Made by a program: the position numbers and the translations under genes | Part shown: piece by piece, positions 23,580 to 36,290 of the stretch | How the letters are laid out: the number at the start of each line of letters is the position of its first letter | Numbering within the stretch: position 1 is the stretch's first letter | Assembly (NCBI GenBank): GCA_964187785.1 | Contig: OZ076418.1 | Location: 45,260,001-45,324,000, forward strand | DNA length: 64,000 nt | Source: Amphiscolops sp. MND2022 | Taxonomy: Eukaryota | Reading direction: 5' to 3' | The notes under the pieces: generated by a model | Told to the model about the DNA's origin: nothing | The model's input: the letters and a program-made list of their open reading frames with translations, nothing else | Database searches by the model: none

Positions 23580-24005
23580 CTATTTGTACTTGTGTAGTAT
23601 GTTTGGTATGCCTTGTTGTTTTTGTTTCGAGATTAGGTTGCGTGTGACACTGATGACCGGGACACTAGCTTTTTTCAAAGCGTCGTAAAAATCAGGTGCA
23701 AAAATCCGACGACAATAAATAACAGCAGCTAAACTCTTCACTTTTTTCAGGAGCTCAATATGATCTTCAATTTTGAGCGGTCGATAGTTATTGGATGAGT
23801 GAGGCGTAACACTGTTGTTCAATAGGTCATGCCAAATAACTACCTTTTTTCTTAGCTAGTGATCCGCGAAGTAAAAATCAAGTTGTTTGTATCGGGAGTT
23901 GTGGACAAAACTCAGACCAGGGATAGTCGTTACATCTTTTCTCAGGCTATTTTCCAACCTTTTGATAGCGTTGTGGAGCGAACTAGCTCCTATAACATGT
24001 ACCAT
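23580..24005 (-). pseudogene. SGNH/GDSL-hydrolase-like ORF (141 codons, one in-frame TAG at 23856-58)
   Basis: MVHVIGASSL...TIPGLSF...VVIWHDLLNNS has the spacing and character of SGNH blocks I-III, though non-canonical; read by extending the track ORF upstream through the stop. Confidence 0.55.
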
Positions 24006-26304
24006 TCATCAGTCGAAGAAAAAAAAACGAAAAAAAGAACGATCTCACCAAAGAATGTAGAACTGTTGGTCTGTAATTTCAGGGTGAAGAACTAATTAAT
24101 TACGTAACTCTAAACAACCTGTCAAAATATCACAATCTGGAAAATTAGAAGAAACTGCCATAATTCAAGCTACTTCACAATTCACACTTGCTTGTTATTC
24201 TCTTTTTCATTTGCAAAGTTCGTAGTCGTTAACACTATCGTTTGCGTAATTAAGATGCCAAACCTAATTTTTAACGGTTCTAGAGGACATAGTTTTTTTT
24301 TCATTACAACCCCAACAACGTGCATTAGCATGGTTTGCATGATTGATACGATGGTAGTCCGATTTTGCTATTTGAAGTGTGACCATTTTGTGACAGGTCA
24401 GTTTTCTTTTTAGGGTAAATTTCTTGTTGTTTTCAGTTCAAATTTTCCCAATTTTGTACCAACATTCTCAAGAGAATTTTTTTATGTTTTAAAAATCAAC
24501 GTACCTTTCAATGATTGAAGCGAAGCAAAAGATTGCCAGCAATTGACAGCGACCCGGTTTCATAGCTGCAGCTAAAACATCATCAGTTTCTTGATACCCT
24601 ACACGATGTTTCCTTGAGAATCACAAGATGGTTCTTTCTCAAGTCAGCACCTCGCTTTGAATTATGCTCATGAACGGGGTTCTTGAAAAGTTCTGCGAAA
24701 TCTCAGAGCGCAGAAACTATCAAGAAATCTCAAGCTGGACCCTTAAAGCTCGAGGTTGCCAAGCTGCCAAGAAAGTTTAAGAGGACACTTCGGTCCATTT
24801 GCACGCAAACCTAAGAAAATTGAAACCTTCGTGGGATTCGAATCCACACCTTTGAAAAAATTTTTTGAGCTACCAAAGTTTTTTTTTAAATGAAAACAAA
24901 CAAAATTGGAGGGGTCTGCAAAAAGTTCCTGCAGCCAACTTTTCCAGTGATAAAAGTAACTCACTATTTATTTCAGGGTCTAAAAAAATAACTCCCTTGC
25001 CGACGACGAACTGCTTGCATTGCAGGACACATTTCAGTCCTTTTCTCGGCAGGAACTACTGCACTTCACACTAAAAAATCTGTACTGTTCTGGAAACTAG
25101 TTCATGCATTTTTGCACAAAAGTGTTCCAACGCAATTCGGACAACTTAATTGTGATGTCTTCGTCCTGACAACATTGAGTAAAAATCGGGATAACGATGT
25201 TTCGAAAATCGGACGTTTTTTAATGCTCCAACAGGAAACTGTCGATTGTTCTTTTGGAAAATTTCTGGCCCTGGCCGAAATAGAAGACAACAAGCACCCT
25301 GCCGAAAATAAATGGTGGCGTTTTAAGTTTTGCATTGTATTTGAAAACAGTAATTTGGTTGTTCAAATTGAAAAAAATGTAATAAAATTTCGACATTGGT
25401 CTGATTTGAACCCGACAAAATTTCTGACAATAACGAAAATAACTCATAGACTTGAACAAAAAACGGATCTGAGAAAAACGAATCAGATTTGTTTCATATA
25501 TTTTTTTAAAAATTGAAAAGTTTTTTTTTCATTCATTTTATTCTTTTTTTTAAAATTCAGTTCAAGTTTCTGAGACTTGGTTCCCAAAAGCTCATTTTAA
25601 AAGAAACAGCAATTCTTCCTCGATGCTTTTGAGTCTGTTCATTTTTGCCACTCGGTAAGATTGACATTCTGTGCAAACTTTGTGGACAAAAAATGAGACT
25701 TATAAGGCTCGAGAAAAATAGAAATACAATAGTAGAGACTCAAAAACTTTGAAGGCACCTACTGAGAGGCACCCACGAGCAAGTATATTTGAAAGGGAAG
25801 AAAAAAGGAAAAACAATTCCGACACAAGTTTCTCAATTCTCATAGTTTGCTCAAAATCTGTTTATCAAAAAACTCAGTGGCTTCATTGGAGCAACGAACG
25901 TCTGAAAAAATGTTGCTGACATGAAGTGTAAAACTATACATATCAAAGTAATTTGTTTCAAATATTTAGGGGTGAATCAAAACTTACCGCTAGATGAAAT
26001 TGTATCTGGATACCACACAAACAAACGAATCAAAGAAAACATGTTATCGCTAAATAAAAATGTTAGTTAACGTTGCGTGACAATTTTGATCAAAGGGATT
26101 GTCATTAGTTGAAATATGGAATTATGCGAATCTGTTGCGTTTTTTTGCCACTCATCTAATCTGTTGCTTCATCTTCAAAGCAACGATGCGCATATTTTTA
26201 CTGAGCACCGATAGTGCGAGAAATCTTCAAAAGTATAAAAAAACTTTTTAAAGAACGTTTTAAAAGACTGCTTTGAAGCTAGTGACCGAAGTTTTATAAC
26301 TTAC

Positions 26305-26486
26305 TGAAGAGAGAATAGTCTAGACAACAGTAATTAGGTACCTGCCAATGAACTTACATTGCCCTCTAGACTATATTCATTTTGATGCAAACTTTACGTT
26401 GAATACAGCTACACTTTGTATGTTACATTACTTACTCTTTCTTAACTTGAGCATCCTACTTCAAACCTTTTATCGAGTCTACAACA
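26305..26486 (+). repeat. 5' LTR of element 2
   Basis: No differences seen versus the 3' LTR. Confidence 0.97.
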
Positions 26487-26525
26487 TGGCGCAGTCATAG
26501 AAGTACGAACAAGAGAAGAAAACCG

Positions 26526-27497
26526 ATGGAAAATACGAGCAACAACAACGAAACCGACCCAACGGCGGTCAACCAAACAACAGTCGAAAGGACTGAAAGA
26601 AACAAGTACAAGATCCCGATCTTATCGGATAGAGAAACTGACCTATCAAAAGCCAATCCCAAAATGTGGTGGGAACAAATATCCGAATACATAGATTTGA
26701 CATACCAAAAGAAACTGGACGAGCTGATGGAACAAGGGACGGACTCCATGGACCCTCATACAACCTATCACATCAAAGGTGATGTTATATGGGCACTGGG
26801 CCCAAAAGCAAAGCACGAAATTATGAGAGGTCAATGGGGAAAGGAACTTAAAGATATTAGTCTCCAAGAGTTGTTGAAACTATTCAAAAATACCTTCCTA
26901 CCAACCAGGAATGTATTCCACAGCCGGGCCCAATTCTTTAATATCAAGCAAGAAGATGGCGAAACCCTAGACGAGTACTGGAAGAGGCTGGTAGACATTG
27001 AAAGAAAGTGCGAATTTAACACCATCACACCCGAAGACATCATTTCATACAAATTTGCAGCAACCATAAACGATAAAAAAGCCCGAGATAAATTCATCAA
27101 AGGCCCACTGAAATTATCACTGATATTGGAGACCATTGAGCTGGACAACTATAACCGTAAATATGGAGACAAACAAACAACCTCCAAGAGACAGCGGAAA
27201 AACCCATCCGAAAGCACATCAGACGAGGAACAGGTCGGATACACAAAACCCGCAACGAAGAAGAAGGCCACGTTCACGGCTAAAAAGAAAAACACGGAGC
27301 GGAATTGCCACTTCTGCGGAAAATCCAACTGGACACCCGACCACACTTGCCCAGCACGGAAGGCGAAATGTAACAACTGTAAAAAGTCCGGTCATTTTGC
27401 AAAGGTCTGCCGATCAAGAACCGTAAACCGGATACAAGAGGAAGATACCGGTAGGATATCAATAGGATATCAACACGGAATCATGGCCAGAAATTGA
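26526..27497 (+). CDS. gag: gag of element 2
   Basis: Knuckles CHFCGKSNWTPDHTC and CNNCKKSGHFAKVC; frame break with duplicated taggatatcaa near 27452-27473. Confidence 0.92.
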   Translation: MENTSNNNETDPTAVNQTTVERTERNKYKIPILSDRETDLSKANPKMWWEQISEYIDLTYQKKLDELMEQGTDSMDPHTTYHIKGDVIWALGPKAKHEIMRGQWGKELKDISLQELLKLFKNTFLPTRNVFHSRAQFFNIKQEDGETLDEYWKRLVDIERKCEFNTITPEDIISYKFAATINDKKARDKFIKGPLKLSLILETIELDNYNRKYGDKQTTSKRQRKNPSESTSDEEQVGYTKPATKKKATFTAKKKNTERNCHFCGKSNWTPDHTCPARKAKCNNCKKSGHFAKVCRSRTVNRIQEEDTGRISIGYQHGIMARN

Positions 27498-27552
27498 CCA
27501 CATTCAGTCCGTCAACGGCATAAATCGAGTAGACTTCTACAAAGCCATCCTA

Positions 27553-30018
27553 TTGGTGGACGGACAACCAATTGAATTCATAATTGACACCGGCTCTCCA
27601 GTAACGATTATCCCACCAATTATCACTCCAAAACAAATCAAAGCGACTTCAAAGTGTTTCGTGGACGTAAACAAAAACCCGATAGAATTCAAAGGCGAAG
27701 CAATAGTTGAGGTCAAAACAGAGAAAACAAAAGTGATGTTGCCAATCCTAATAACCAAGAAAAAGAATACACAACCCCTGCTGGGATTGGATTGGCTAGA
27801 TAAATTGGAAATCGGTTTGCAAGGAAGCCACGAAACAAACATCATCAGGAGCATAACCACAAACGAAAAAGGTGAGAAAATTTTTAAAGAATTCGAGAAC
27901 CTTTTTAAAAACAATCACACCATAAAAAACTTAACCATAGACATTCAATTGAAAAAAGACGCAAAACCGATACAACAAAAGGGGAGACCAGTACCAATAC
28001 ACCTTCAAAAAATCGTGAAAAAAGAATTAGAAAAACTAATCGAAAAAGGACATTTGGAAAAAGCTGATAAAACAACTGAAAACTGCTTTGTCTCACCAGC
28101 CGTTATAACAATCAAAAAAGACAAATCAGTAAAAATTGCACTAGACTCCCGGAAACTAAACGAATCTTGCATAAAAAGAAAAGCAACAATGCCAAATATG
28201 GAGGAACTAATCAGTCAAATTTCCGCAAAAATTACACAAAATAACGGCGAAATTGGCGAAATTTGGATGTCCAAGATTGATTTAGATTATGCATACGGAC
28301 AGGCCAAACTATCCGCAGAAGCATCAAGACATTGCGTGTTCTCCATCATTGGCGGCGATTTCACGGGACACTACCGGTTCAAGAAGGGATTCTACGGCCT
28401 ATCTGACATACCAACGGTATTTCAAGAACATATAGATAAGGTCCTAGAATTTAAAACGCCGGTATGGTTAGATGACATCATTTGCGTCACAAACGGAACG
28501 ATAGAAGAACACGATCGGGAACTACGCGAAGTTCTAATAAAATTGCAAGAAGCCGGTTACCGAGCGAGTGAAAGAAAAACAGAACTGTTCAAAAAAGAGC
28601 TGACCTGGTTAGGGTACTTGATAAACCAAGAAGGGGTAAAGCCAATTAAAGATAAAACCGAGGCTATAACAAAATTAAAAGCCCCCACAAACACAAAAGA
28701 GCTAAAATCATTTCTGGGCTCAATACAACATTTATCAAAATTTTTGAACAACTTGTCTAAAAAGACCGACAGAATGAGAAAACTACTCAAGAAAGACGTA
28801 AAATGGGAATGGACGAAAGAAATAAACGATGATTTTGAACAACTAAAAAAGGAAATAACCGAAACACCATGTCTAGCACACTTCGACCCAAAGAAAGATA
28901 ATTTCATAACCACCGACGCCTGTAATACCGGATTAGGGGCAACCCTATGGCAGAAAGAAAACGAAACATTCAGACCGGTGGCGTTTGCCAGCCGATTTCT
29001 CACCGAATGTGAACGAAAATATGCCATAAATGAACTAGAATTGCTAGGCGTCTTGTGGGGCCTCGAATATTTCAGATATTACGTTTACGGAAAAAAAGTA
29101 AACCTCTTGACCGACCACCAGGCACTACAACCACTGCTAAAACGAAACAGGGCACACAAACAATACAGCGCAAGATTAACACGGTGGTTAGACCGATTGA
29201 GCCATTTCGATGTCAACGTGCAATACACCGCTGGTAAAAACATTCCGTTAACAGATTACTTAAGCCGTCATCCGATCATACACGAACACGAAACGGAAAC
29301 GCCACACGAAGGCGATGAAAGCGAAGCCGAAGAGGAATTCGTAATCAATCAGATATACGGCCTATTCGAGTTCAATCGTACGAACGGCAGTATTACGCAA
29401 CACATGCGACGACCACCACCGGTAAAGAATTCCGACCAATCAGAACGCAGAACGCAAGTACGCAAACAAAACGACCGCGAACATTCAATCCAAACTTTCT
29501 CACCGCAAAAAGATATTGACTCACCAAACAATTCAAACTTTGATTCGCAAGCACCGAAAATGTCAAAGATGGATAAAGTAAACGGAATCGATTTACAGTT
29601 TATATTCAAAAAACGGGGACACTCCCCAGAAACTAGTCGTCTACGGACCGAACGATTTAAACTTCTTCAACCAAATCGAACCAGAATTGTGGGAAAAGGC
29701 AAGGACAACGAGCGGATATTGGAATATCGTCCTTCGCAACAAGATCGAAAAGAAATTGAGAAATTAAACATCTTGATTTACAATAGATTCTTTTACCATT
29801 GCGAGAAACTCGGGACCACCCCACTCAGGGAATTTAACGAAAACCTACACGAATCTTGGATAAACACCTCGTCAGACAATGAAAGCCAGATTAGCCACGT
29901 AAAAACCGAAAAGTGCTCAACAAACATCCTCAAAAAGTTCAAAAAACATGAGAGCATCAATCTTATCAGATTGAAACAAACAGCGAAGCGAAATGTCCTG
30001 CCAGAAGAACGAAACTAG
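27553..30018 (+). CDS. pol: pol of element 2: PR-RT-RNase H-linker, ending at a premature TAG
   Basis: FIIDTGS, WLDDII, TTDAC, ELELLGVLWG, TDYLSR; the frame resumes after TAG 30016-18. Confidence 0.93.
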   Translation: MVDGQPIEFIIDTGSPVTIIPPIITPKQIKATSKCFVDVNKNPIEFKGEAIVEVKTEKTKVMLPILITKKKNTQPLLGLDWLDKLEIGLQGSHETNIIRSITTNEKGEKIFKEFENLFKNNHTIKNLTIDIQLKKDAKPIQQKGRPVPIHLQKIVKKELEKLIEKGHLEKADKTTENCFVSPAVITIKKDKSVKIALDSRKLNESCIKRKATMPNMEELISQISAKITQNNGEIGEIWMSKIDLDYAYGQAKLSAEASRHCVFSIIGGDFTGHYRFKKGFYGLSDIPTVFQEHIDKVLEFKTPVWLDDIICVTNGTIEEHDRELREVLIKLQEAGYRASERKTELFKKELTWLGYLINQEGVKPIKDKTEAITKLKAPTNTKELKSFLGSIQHLSKFLNNLSKKTDRMRKLLKKDVKWEWTKEINDDFEQLKKEITETPCLAHFDPKKDNFITTDACNTGLGATLWQKENETFRPVAFASRFLTECERKYAINELELLGVLWGLEYFRYYVYGKKVNLLTDHQALQPLLKRNRAHKQYSARLTRWLDRLSHFDVNVQYTAGKNIPLTDYLSRHPIIHEHETETPHEGDESEAEEEFVINQIYGLFEFNRTNGSITQHMRRPPPVKNSDQSERRTQVRKQNDREHSIQTFSPQKDIDSPNNSNFDSQAPKMSKMDKVNGIDLQFIFKKRGHSPETSRLRTERFKLLQPNRTRIVGKGKDNERILEYRPSQQDRKEIEKLNILIYNRFFYHCEKLGTTPLREFNENLHESWINTSSDNESQISHVKTEKCSTNILKKFKKHESINLIRLKQTAKRNVLPEERN

Positions 30019-31844
30019 AAAACAGCCGAAACGATCAGAAGAGCCGAAAGAGACTTTTCCATGGATTTACCTCTACTAGTTGAGGAAACTGCGCAGGACG
30101 CTAAAATACTTGACGCAATCATCGCGCTAGAAGCTGGAAAAGGAGACGGTATCTTCTACCCATACCGACCACACCGTGAACATCTGGAGACCAGATTTGG
30201 ACTACTATTCTACAATGATAGAATCGTCATCCCAGAAGCAATGCGGTCAACCATAATTGCCATGCTACACAGCGGCCATGTCTCGATTAACAAAATGGAC
30301 AAATCAGCAGAAGCATTTTGGTGGCCGGGACTACACCGGGACATTAGAGAAAAGGCGGAAAACTGCCCCAGTTGCCGAGTAGCAGGTAAGAATCTAAAAA
30401 CACAATTACCGCAAACGGAAATAAATAGGCTCGAACTTTTAACCGAACCCGGCCAAGAAATTCAATTGGACTTCGCTGGTCCAATCAAATCAAAATCGCG
30501 GGGAGACATTTACATTTTAGTAGCCATCGACCGTTTTAGCAAATGGCCAACCGCACAAATTTGCAAAAATACGGACTCTCGGACCGTAATAAGTTTTTAA
30601 CAAAATACTGCACCGACAACGGAACACCGAAAACGATACGCACCGACAACGGTAGCTGTTTTAAAAGCAACGAGTTTAAAGATTACTGCAACGGTGAAAA
30701 CATTAAACGAATTAGATGTACCCCGAATTTACATACGGGAAACGGATTGGTCGAGAGAACAATACGCACAATTAAGTCATTAACAAGAGCCAATTTAGAA
30801 GACGGCCTAACTTTTGAAGAAAGCGTCGCAAGGGCAATTAAAACAATTAGACAAACACCACATAACACACTGAAAATGACTCCCTTTCAATTACACCACG
30901 GACGAAAACCGCGCACACCGATCACCAATCTGATTGGACAACCCACCTGCCTATTAGCGGACTGGAAGAAAACATTAACTAATTATTTTTTAGCACAACC
31001 GGCGGAGCTACAAGTTTTTACAGTCCACGATTCCGACGGGGAACTCGCAGATTATTTGGTCCTCAATGAATCAAGGAAGAGGGGTAGATCGGTAAGAGAC
31101 AATTTTGAAAGTTACCAATTTTTTGAAAAGGAAACCAAGCCCAATGCAATGAAATGCAGGTTCAAAACCAATAAAATTTTAACCGCAGCTAATGAGACTA
31201 AACATACGATAACCACAACCGATGGAAAGGTTATCCACAAAAAACTAGCATCTAACCCCTTTAAATTTCAGCCAGCAAAGAAAACAGAAGAGCCGAGGAA
31301 ACCCACCAACAGATGCACCAGATGCGGCCGATTCAGTCACGATGATCTATGTGACACTCACAAAAGAATCCGTTCCGAACAACAGGGACAATCAACGAGC
31401 GCAGATAAAACAATCCCCACAATGCCAATTGAAAGGTCTGAAGCACGACCGGATATCACGGTAATATCCGACAGCCAGTCATCACACGCGGATGAATTAC
31501 CGAGCACGGCAAACATTGATCCGGAACTAACCATCACGGCCGAAATCAAATACGACGATGCCGTGAAACCAACAGAAGAGACTCGAGATAACGAAACTCC
31601 CGCCATATCTCCACCAGTGGACTGCAGCACGGAGAAAACAAAGCGTATTGCTAAGGACTTCGACAACACCCCTACTGGATCGCCACAAAAAATACACATG
31701 TCCCCAAATAGAGGTGTAGTAGAACTTAATTTAGACGGGGGGGGAAATATAGAAAACAAGGTGGTAGAAAAAGGGATCCGCAGATCAGATAGAATAAAAT
31801 CTGCAAAAAGAGTAGTAAAAATGGGAGGAATAGAATATTTCTAA
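30019..31844 (+). pseudogene. pol: Integrase and C-terminal extension of element 2, 1-bp frameshift ~30590
   Basis: HSGH...CPSC, LDFAGP, RTDNGSCF, GLVER; the split ORFs 30061-30600 and 30543-31844 join with a 1-nt correction. Confidence 0.92.
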
Positions 31845-31990
31845 CAAAATCTGAATTTAGATCCAAAGTCAAAGAACATCGGAAAAGCCAACGTCTCCCG
31901 CCGCAGCCCAAAGAACACAACAAAGACGGGAACTAACAAGAAACCCGGCGAGAACTGAGATCGCTCTCACCAATCCCGAGGAGGGGGGAA

Positions 31991-32172
31991 TGAAGAGAGA
32001 ATAGTCTAGACAACAGTAATTAGGTACCTGCCAATGAACTTACATTGCCCTCTAGACTATATTCATTTTGATGCAAACTTTACGTTGAATACAGCTACAC
32101 TTTGTATGTTACATTACTTACTCTTTCTTAACTTGAGCATCCTACTTCAAACCTTTTATCGAGTCTACAACA
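31991..32172 (+). repeat. 3' LTR of element 2
   Basis: Preceded by the PPT and followed by the TSD. Confidence 0.97.
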
Positions 32173-32981
32173 CTTACATTCTTTACACCCCAAAACATTC
32201 TTTTACATTTTTAAATTGTTCCAATTTAACAATTTTTTGAAATTCTCCAACATAAATTAGCTGTTACCATTTTTCACAAGTTTTGATTAATTGGTTCGGT
32301 AAGAAACGCTTATGGAAAGCCAAACACAAAGTGTTGATTATAATTTATCCATAGAAACAACGAGTATGCAAAAGCAAAAAGTAAAAACATTTATATAATT
32401 ATTTTTAGATGAATTCAACGGTCCAGTGGTGTTCTTCAGAAGTCCAAGTTTGCTCGCTCGAATTCTGATCAAAGGGAAGTTTTCACCAATGACCGATAGT
32501 TTTCTCCTCACCAAGATCTTTTCAGTTCAAAAAATCTGATACATCAAAAGGAACGCGCCAAAAAAGGAAAATAAATTACTAGATCAACGAACCGAACCGG
32601 AACAAAAATTGAGATTACTGGAAGATGAAAACATCTCCGCTAACGGAACTTTCAGCAGAGTTACTGATTATCCGTAAAAATTTAACTCAAAGTATGATAC
32701 AAATCTAAGTCGGTATGCTGTCAGTTTAAATGAATAAAAAAATCGGTGATGAAACGATGAAAAACATGTTTTATTTGTTGTTTAGTTTTATTTTAAAATT
32801 GTTCAGTTCGAAAAGTATACGAACGAAATGATGATTTGAAAACAACGAAGCGTCTGAGCTTACTCAGGAACCCAGTGTGTCGTAAATGAGTGTTTGTGTA
32901 GAGGAATATCTTGAATAAAAACCACAAACAAAAAGACTTGTGTGAGACTTTCCAGTGGTGTCGACTCCCATGTTGAGCCCT

Positions 32982-33260
32982 CCCTGCGAATCTGTACAGA
33001 TCTGTAAAGATCCTGACAGATATTCCAGGAATCATCAAAAATTAGATAGTCGTGAAAACAGTTTTGAAATTGAAATTAGCTGTTAAAAAGTGCTACAAAA
33101 GGTAAACACGACACCCAACTGAAGTTTTGGAAAAAAAGTTCCTGTGCGAATCTGTACAGATCTGTACAGATCCTGACAGAAACTCCAGGATTTGTCCAAA
33201 AATTAATAAGACGTCAATACTGCTTTGAAAATGAAATAAGTTGATGAAAAGTGCTCTACA
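32982..33260 (+). repeat. Tandemly duplicated ~130-160-bp unit with gatctgtaca sub-repeats (DNA-transposon-end-like)
   Basis: 32982-33110 and 33141-33260 are homologous; related motifs recur at 34130-34260. Confidence 0.6.
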
Positions 33261-33478
33261 AGACAATTTGTTTCATGTTCGATGATGAAACTCTGATCCG
33301 CCACATGATGGAACCTGCACCAGGCGAACGTGGTCGTCCGCCTTTAAATCAAGTCAGCGTAGAGAAATTGAAACAAGCTCTCTATGCGAGGTTCGGGAAG
33401 ACACCAATCGTTTGCGATCATGAAAGTGTAAACGAAATTGTTCTGTCTAAAGTCATAGAGGGTTTCGAACACGACTGA
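33251..33478 (+). CDS. Possible BEN-domain-like fragment
   Basis: MFDDETLIRHMM...GERGRPPLNQVSVEKLKQAL resembles the F..e.L....G...r.pL....v..lk pattern of BEN domains; judged by eye only. Confidence 0.3.
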   Translation: MLYKTICFMFDDETLIRHMMEPAPGERGRPPLNQVSVEKLKQALYARFGKTPIVCDHESVNEIVLSKVIEGFEHD

Positions 33479-36290
33479 TAGTAATTTTGCTCTTTTGATT
33501 CAACTTCGAAGAAAATTTGACCCTTTTTACACTTGCGAAAGATGGTTTTTTGCTGTTTCCGGTTGGGGAAAAATGGTTTTGAAGACTTATGCGTATCCCT
33601 TCGGGTATTTTTGGAGCTATAAAACGCGAAGAAATTTTAACAATACTGTTTTTCCACCCTTGGTTGTCAATATGATTTTGCTTATTTGGTTTTCTCTTGA
33701 AAAGTTCACAATTTTCTTCGCAAGTGTTTGCGAAGCACGGCTTCGCATCTGTGTTTTAAAATGTAGGAAATGTCGGAATTCCCGACATTTTAACGTCAAA
33801 TTTCTGGAAACTGTTTTGATTTAGGACTCACGCAGTAAGGTCTCCTCCAAACAGGATTCACTGCCAGAATTATGAGTGCGATGATCGAAAGTTGTCTTTG
33901 TTGTGCTTCAATTTCAATGAATTTGTTTTTAATTCTTTTGATGTGTTATATTCATTGTTCCCTAGTAAACTTTTCAAAGTTTCAGGTTTTTTTCAAAGAG
34001 TTTGCTTAGGTCTCCGCCAATGATGTCAAGCGTTCTGAAATTGCTAAGATACTTGGTAAAGTAGTTGCAAAAGCGCGAAAAATCAGTACATTGTTCCGCT
34101 AAAGGCTTTGAAGAAAAAAAATTCCTGAAAAATCTGTACAGAAAATCCTTGAACATCCTTAAAGATCCTTGCAGATCTGCAGTTGTCCTTAGGTAGCAGT
34201 GGCACGATCTTTACAGATCCTCAAGGAAAAGAGGCTCACAGATCTGTACAGATTCTCAAGGAAAGCTCAACATGGGCTACGTTCATTATTATATTTTGCC
34301 AGACCGTGTTTTTTTCGAAAAGTTTGATCTCTGGATTATATATTCTGGTTGACACAAATGCATTCCTTGCAAAGATCTTATAAGCTTCTATTAAAAAACG
34401 CATTACTTGAATGGTTTTCAAGGAAATTTTTCTTAGCAAGATCTTGCAAGGAATTGCTCCACATGTAGAGTCTTGCAAGGAAATTTTTCGTTCCAAGATC
34501 TGAAAGGAAATTGTTTCCGTAAAAGAACTTGATACTTTTCAAGGAGTGTAACAACCTTGATAAATTCTTCACAGACGCAAAAAATTACTTTATCTCATAT
34601 AATACAATCGCGGATGCTTGGTTAGCAACCCAAACTCGTTTCGATTATCACTTCCCAGTTTTCACAGTGGCCGAAATTGACTAAGCTTCTTTTTTTTGTC
34701 TAGACGTCAATTGCTGAAATGCAACTCTTTCAGCCATTTTGTCAGAACCAAAAGTTCATCCTCTTAGTAGACTTCCTTTAACAATGGCATGGCCACCTAA
34801 ACTTTGCACACGTACACAGAAAGTGACTAAACAACAATCAATCTGGTTTCTACCTGGAACTCACATTCAAAGTGAAAATCGAAGTGGGTAAACCTGCTGT
34901 AACTTCGACTGTTTTCCACTCTCTGTGTTCAAGTAACCTAACGTGTGAACCAATAAACCGACGTTATCCGGAATTAGTTTGACAGGCGATTTCACTCTCT
35001 ACTTTCCACTTTTCTTTATTAGTTAATTGTTAGATCATATCGTTTTCAATTTATTGTTACAATTGACTTTATAGATAGTAACAGCTAACAGGAACATTAA
35101 GAAAGCAGTTTTAACACGTATAATGTCTACTATGAAAAACTTTCAAAGATTACACGTATTTTTCACACAAATTACGTAAAGAATAAACATAATACGTGGA
35201 CTGTCTGAAATTTATTTAGGTTTATTTCGTTTTGTATTACCTTTCATTCCGTAACATCCTAATTTCAATTTTCTAAATGTAAATGCTATTTCATGCCACT
35301 TTTTGTTCGTTTTGCAATTCCTTTTCCTGCATACTTTTTGTCCGTTCCATGTGCTGAAATTACATTGACACTCTTTATTTCTATTGCTCATTTCGAGTAA
35401 GATTACCCCGATACTGTATAGTTTTGTTCAATCCAGGAAGTGAAATATTTACGTTATGAAGCTACAAGACGAAAGACTGTTTTGTTCAACTTGTGTGAGA
35501 GTCATTTTCTGACAGACCGAGTTGTCACTTTCGTGAGGTCTCTCACTGTCATCAGGTCGTTGAACACTATCCATCATTTGCTTGGCAACTTTTGTAACAA
35601 CGGTGAACTTTCGCACCAAAATCTGGACAATTCGTAGACAATAGCAAAGGAACGCAAAGCCCGCTGTAGGAAATTCAGAATCGAGTGTGGATAGCTTTTT
35701 CCAAGAATCTATCTATAACAGAAAGATTTTTTTGGTTGATGAAGTTTTAAGTTATTGACTAGCTCCGCTAGTTTTCTCTCTGAGATGCTCTTTGGCTTAA
35801 CACGATTGATTATATAATTTGGAAGCGCTGTGAAATAACTAATTGTGAAGAGATTATTCCAAAAAGGGTTTATTACAATCAATCAGTTACAACATAACTG
35901 GCTAGCATTGAGATCCACAATTCAGCCACTTGTAAAGTCTCAAAACTTTAGCTCAGTGGACGAGAAAACAACACAAACTAAATTACTGTGCAGGGTCAGT
36001 CTCAGACTCTAACATACGCTATCGAGAAAAGTGGTATCTTCTGAAGAAGTATCTTGCCTCCGCGAGGCTCAACTTGCTTCTACATCTCTAGGTTGTTTCT
36101 GGTAATTCAAGTAGATTCCATTTCCTCCTCAGTTAGATTTGTTGAGCGAAGGTACTTTTCGTGGCCTCAGCTTGACGTTCAATCATACATGACATTTACT
36201 TTACTGGGCGTCATTGTCTGGAATTGTCATACGGTTTTTTTCACGTTTACATATGTTTCTTTGGTATCCCCGGTACCGTATTACAAATAG

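Larger units (their letters stand above)
26305..32172 (+). mobile_element. Complete Ty3/Gypsy (Mag-like) LTR retrotransposon with identical LTRs (element 2)
   Basis: 182-bp TG..CA LTRs at 26305-26486 and 31991-32172; TSD CTTAC (26300-04, 32173-77); PBS TGGCGCAGTCA at 26487-97; PPT GAGGAGGGGGGAA at 31978-90. Confidence 0.98.

Noticed and set aside
24640-24700. Minus-strand HEHNSKR as the CAP N-terminal motif
   Set aside because: Four-residue match only, with no supporting flanking motif or splice sites.
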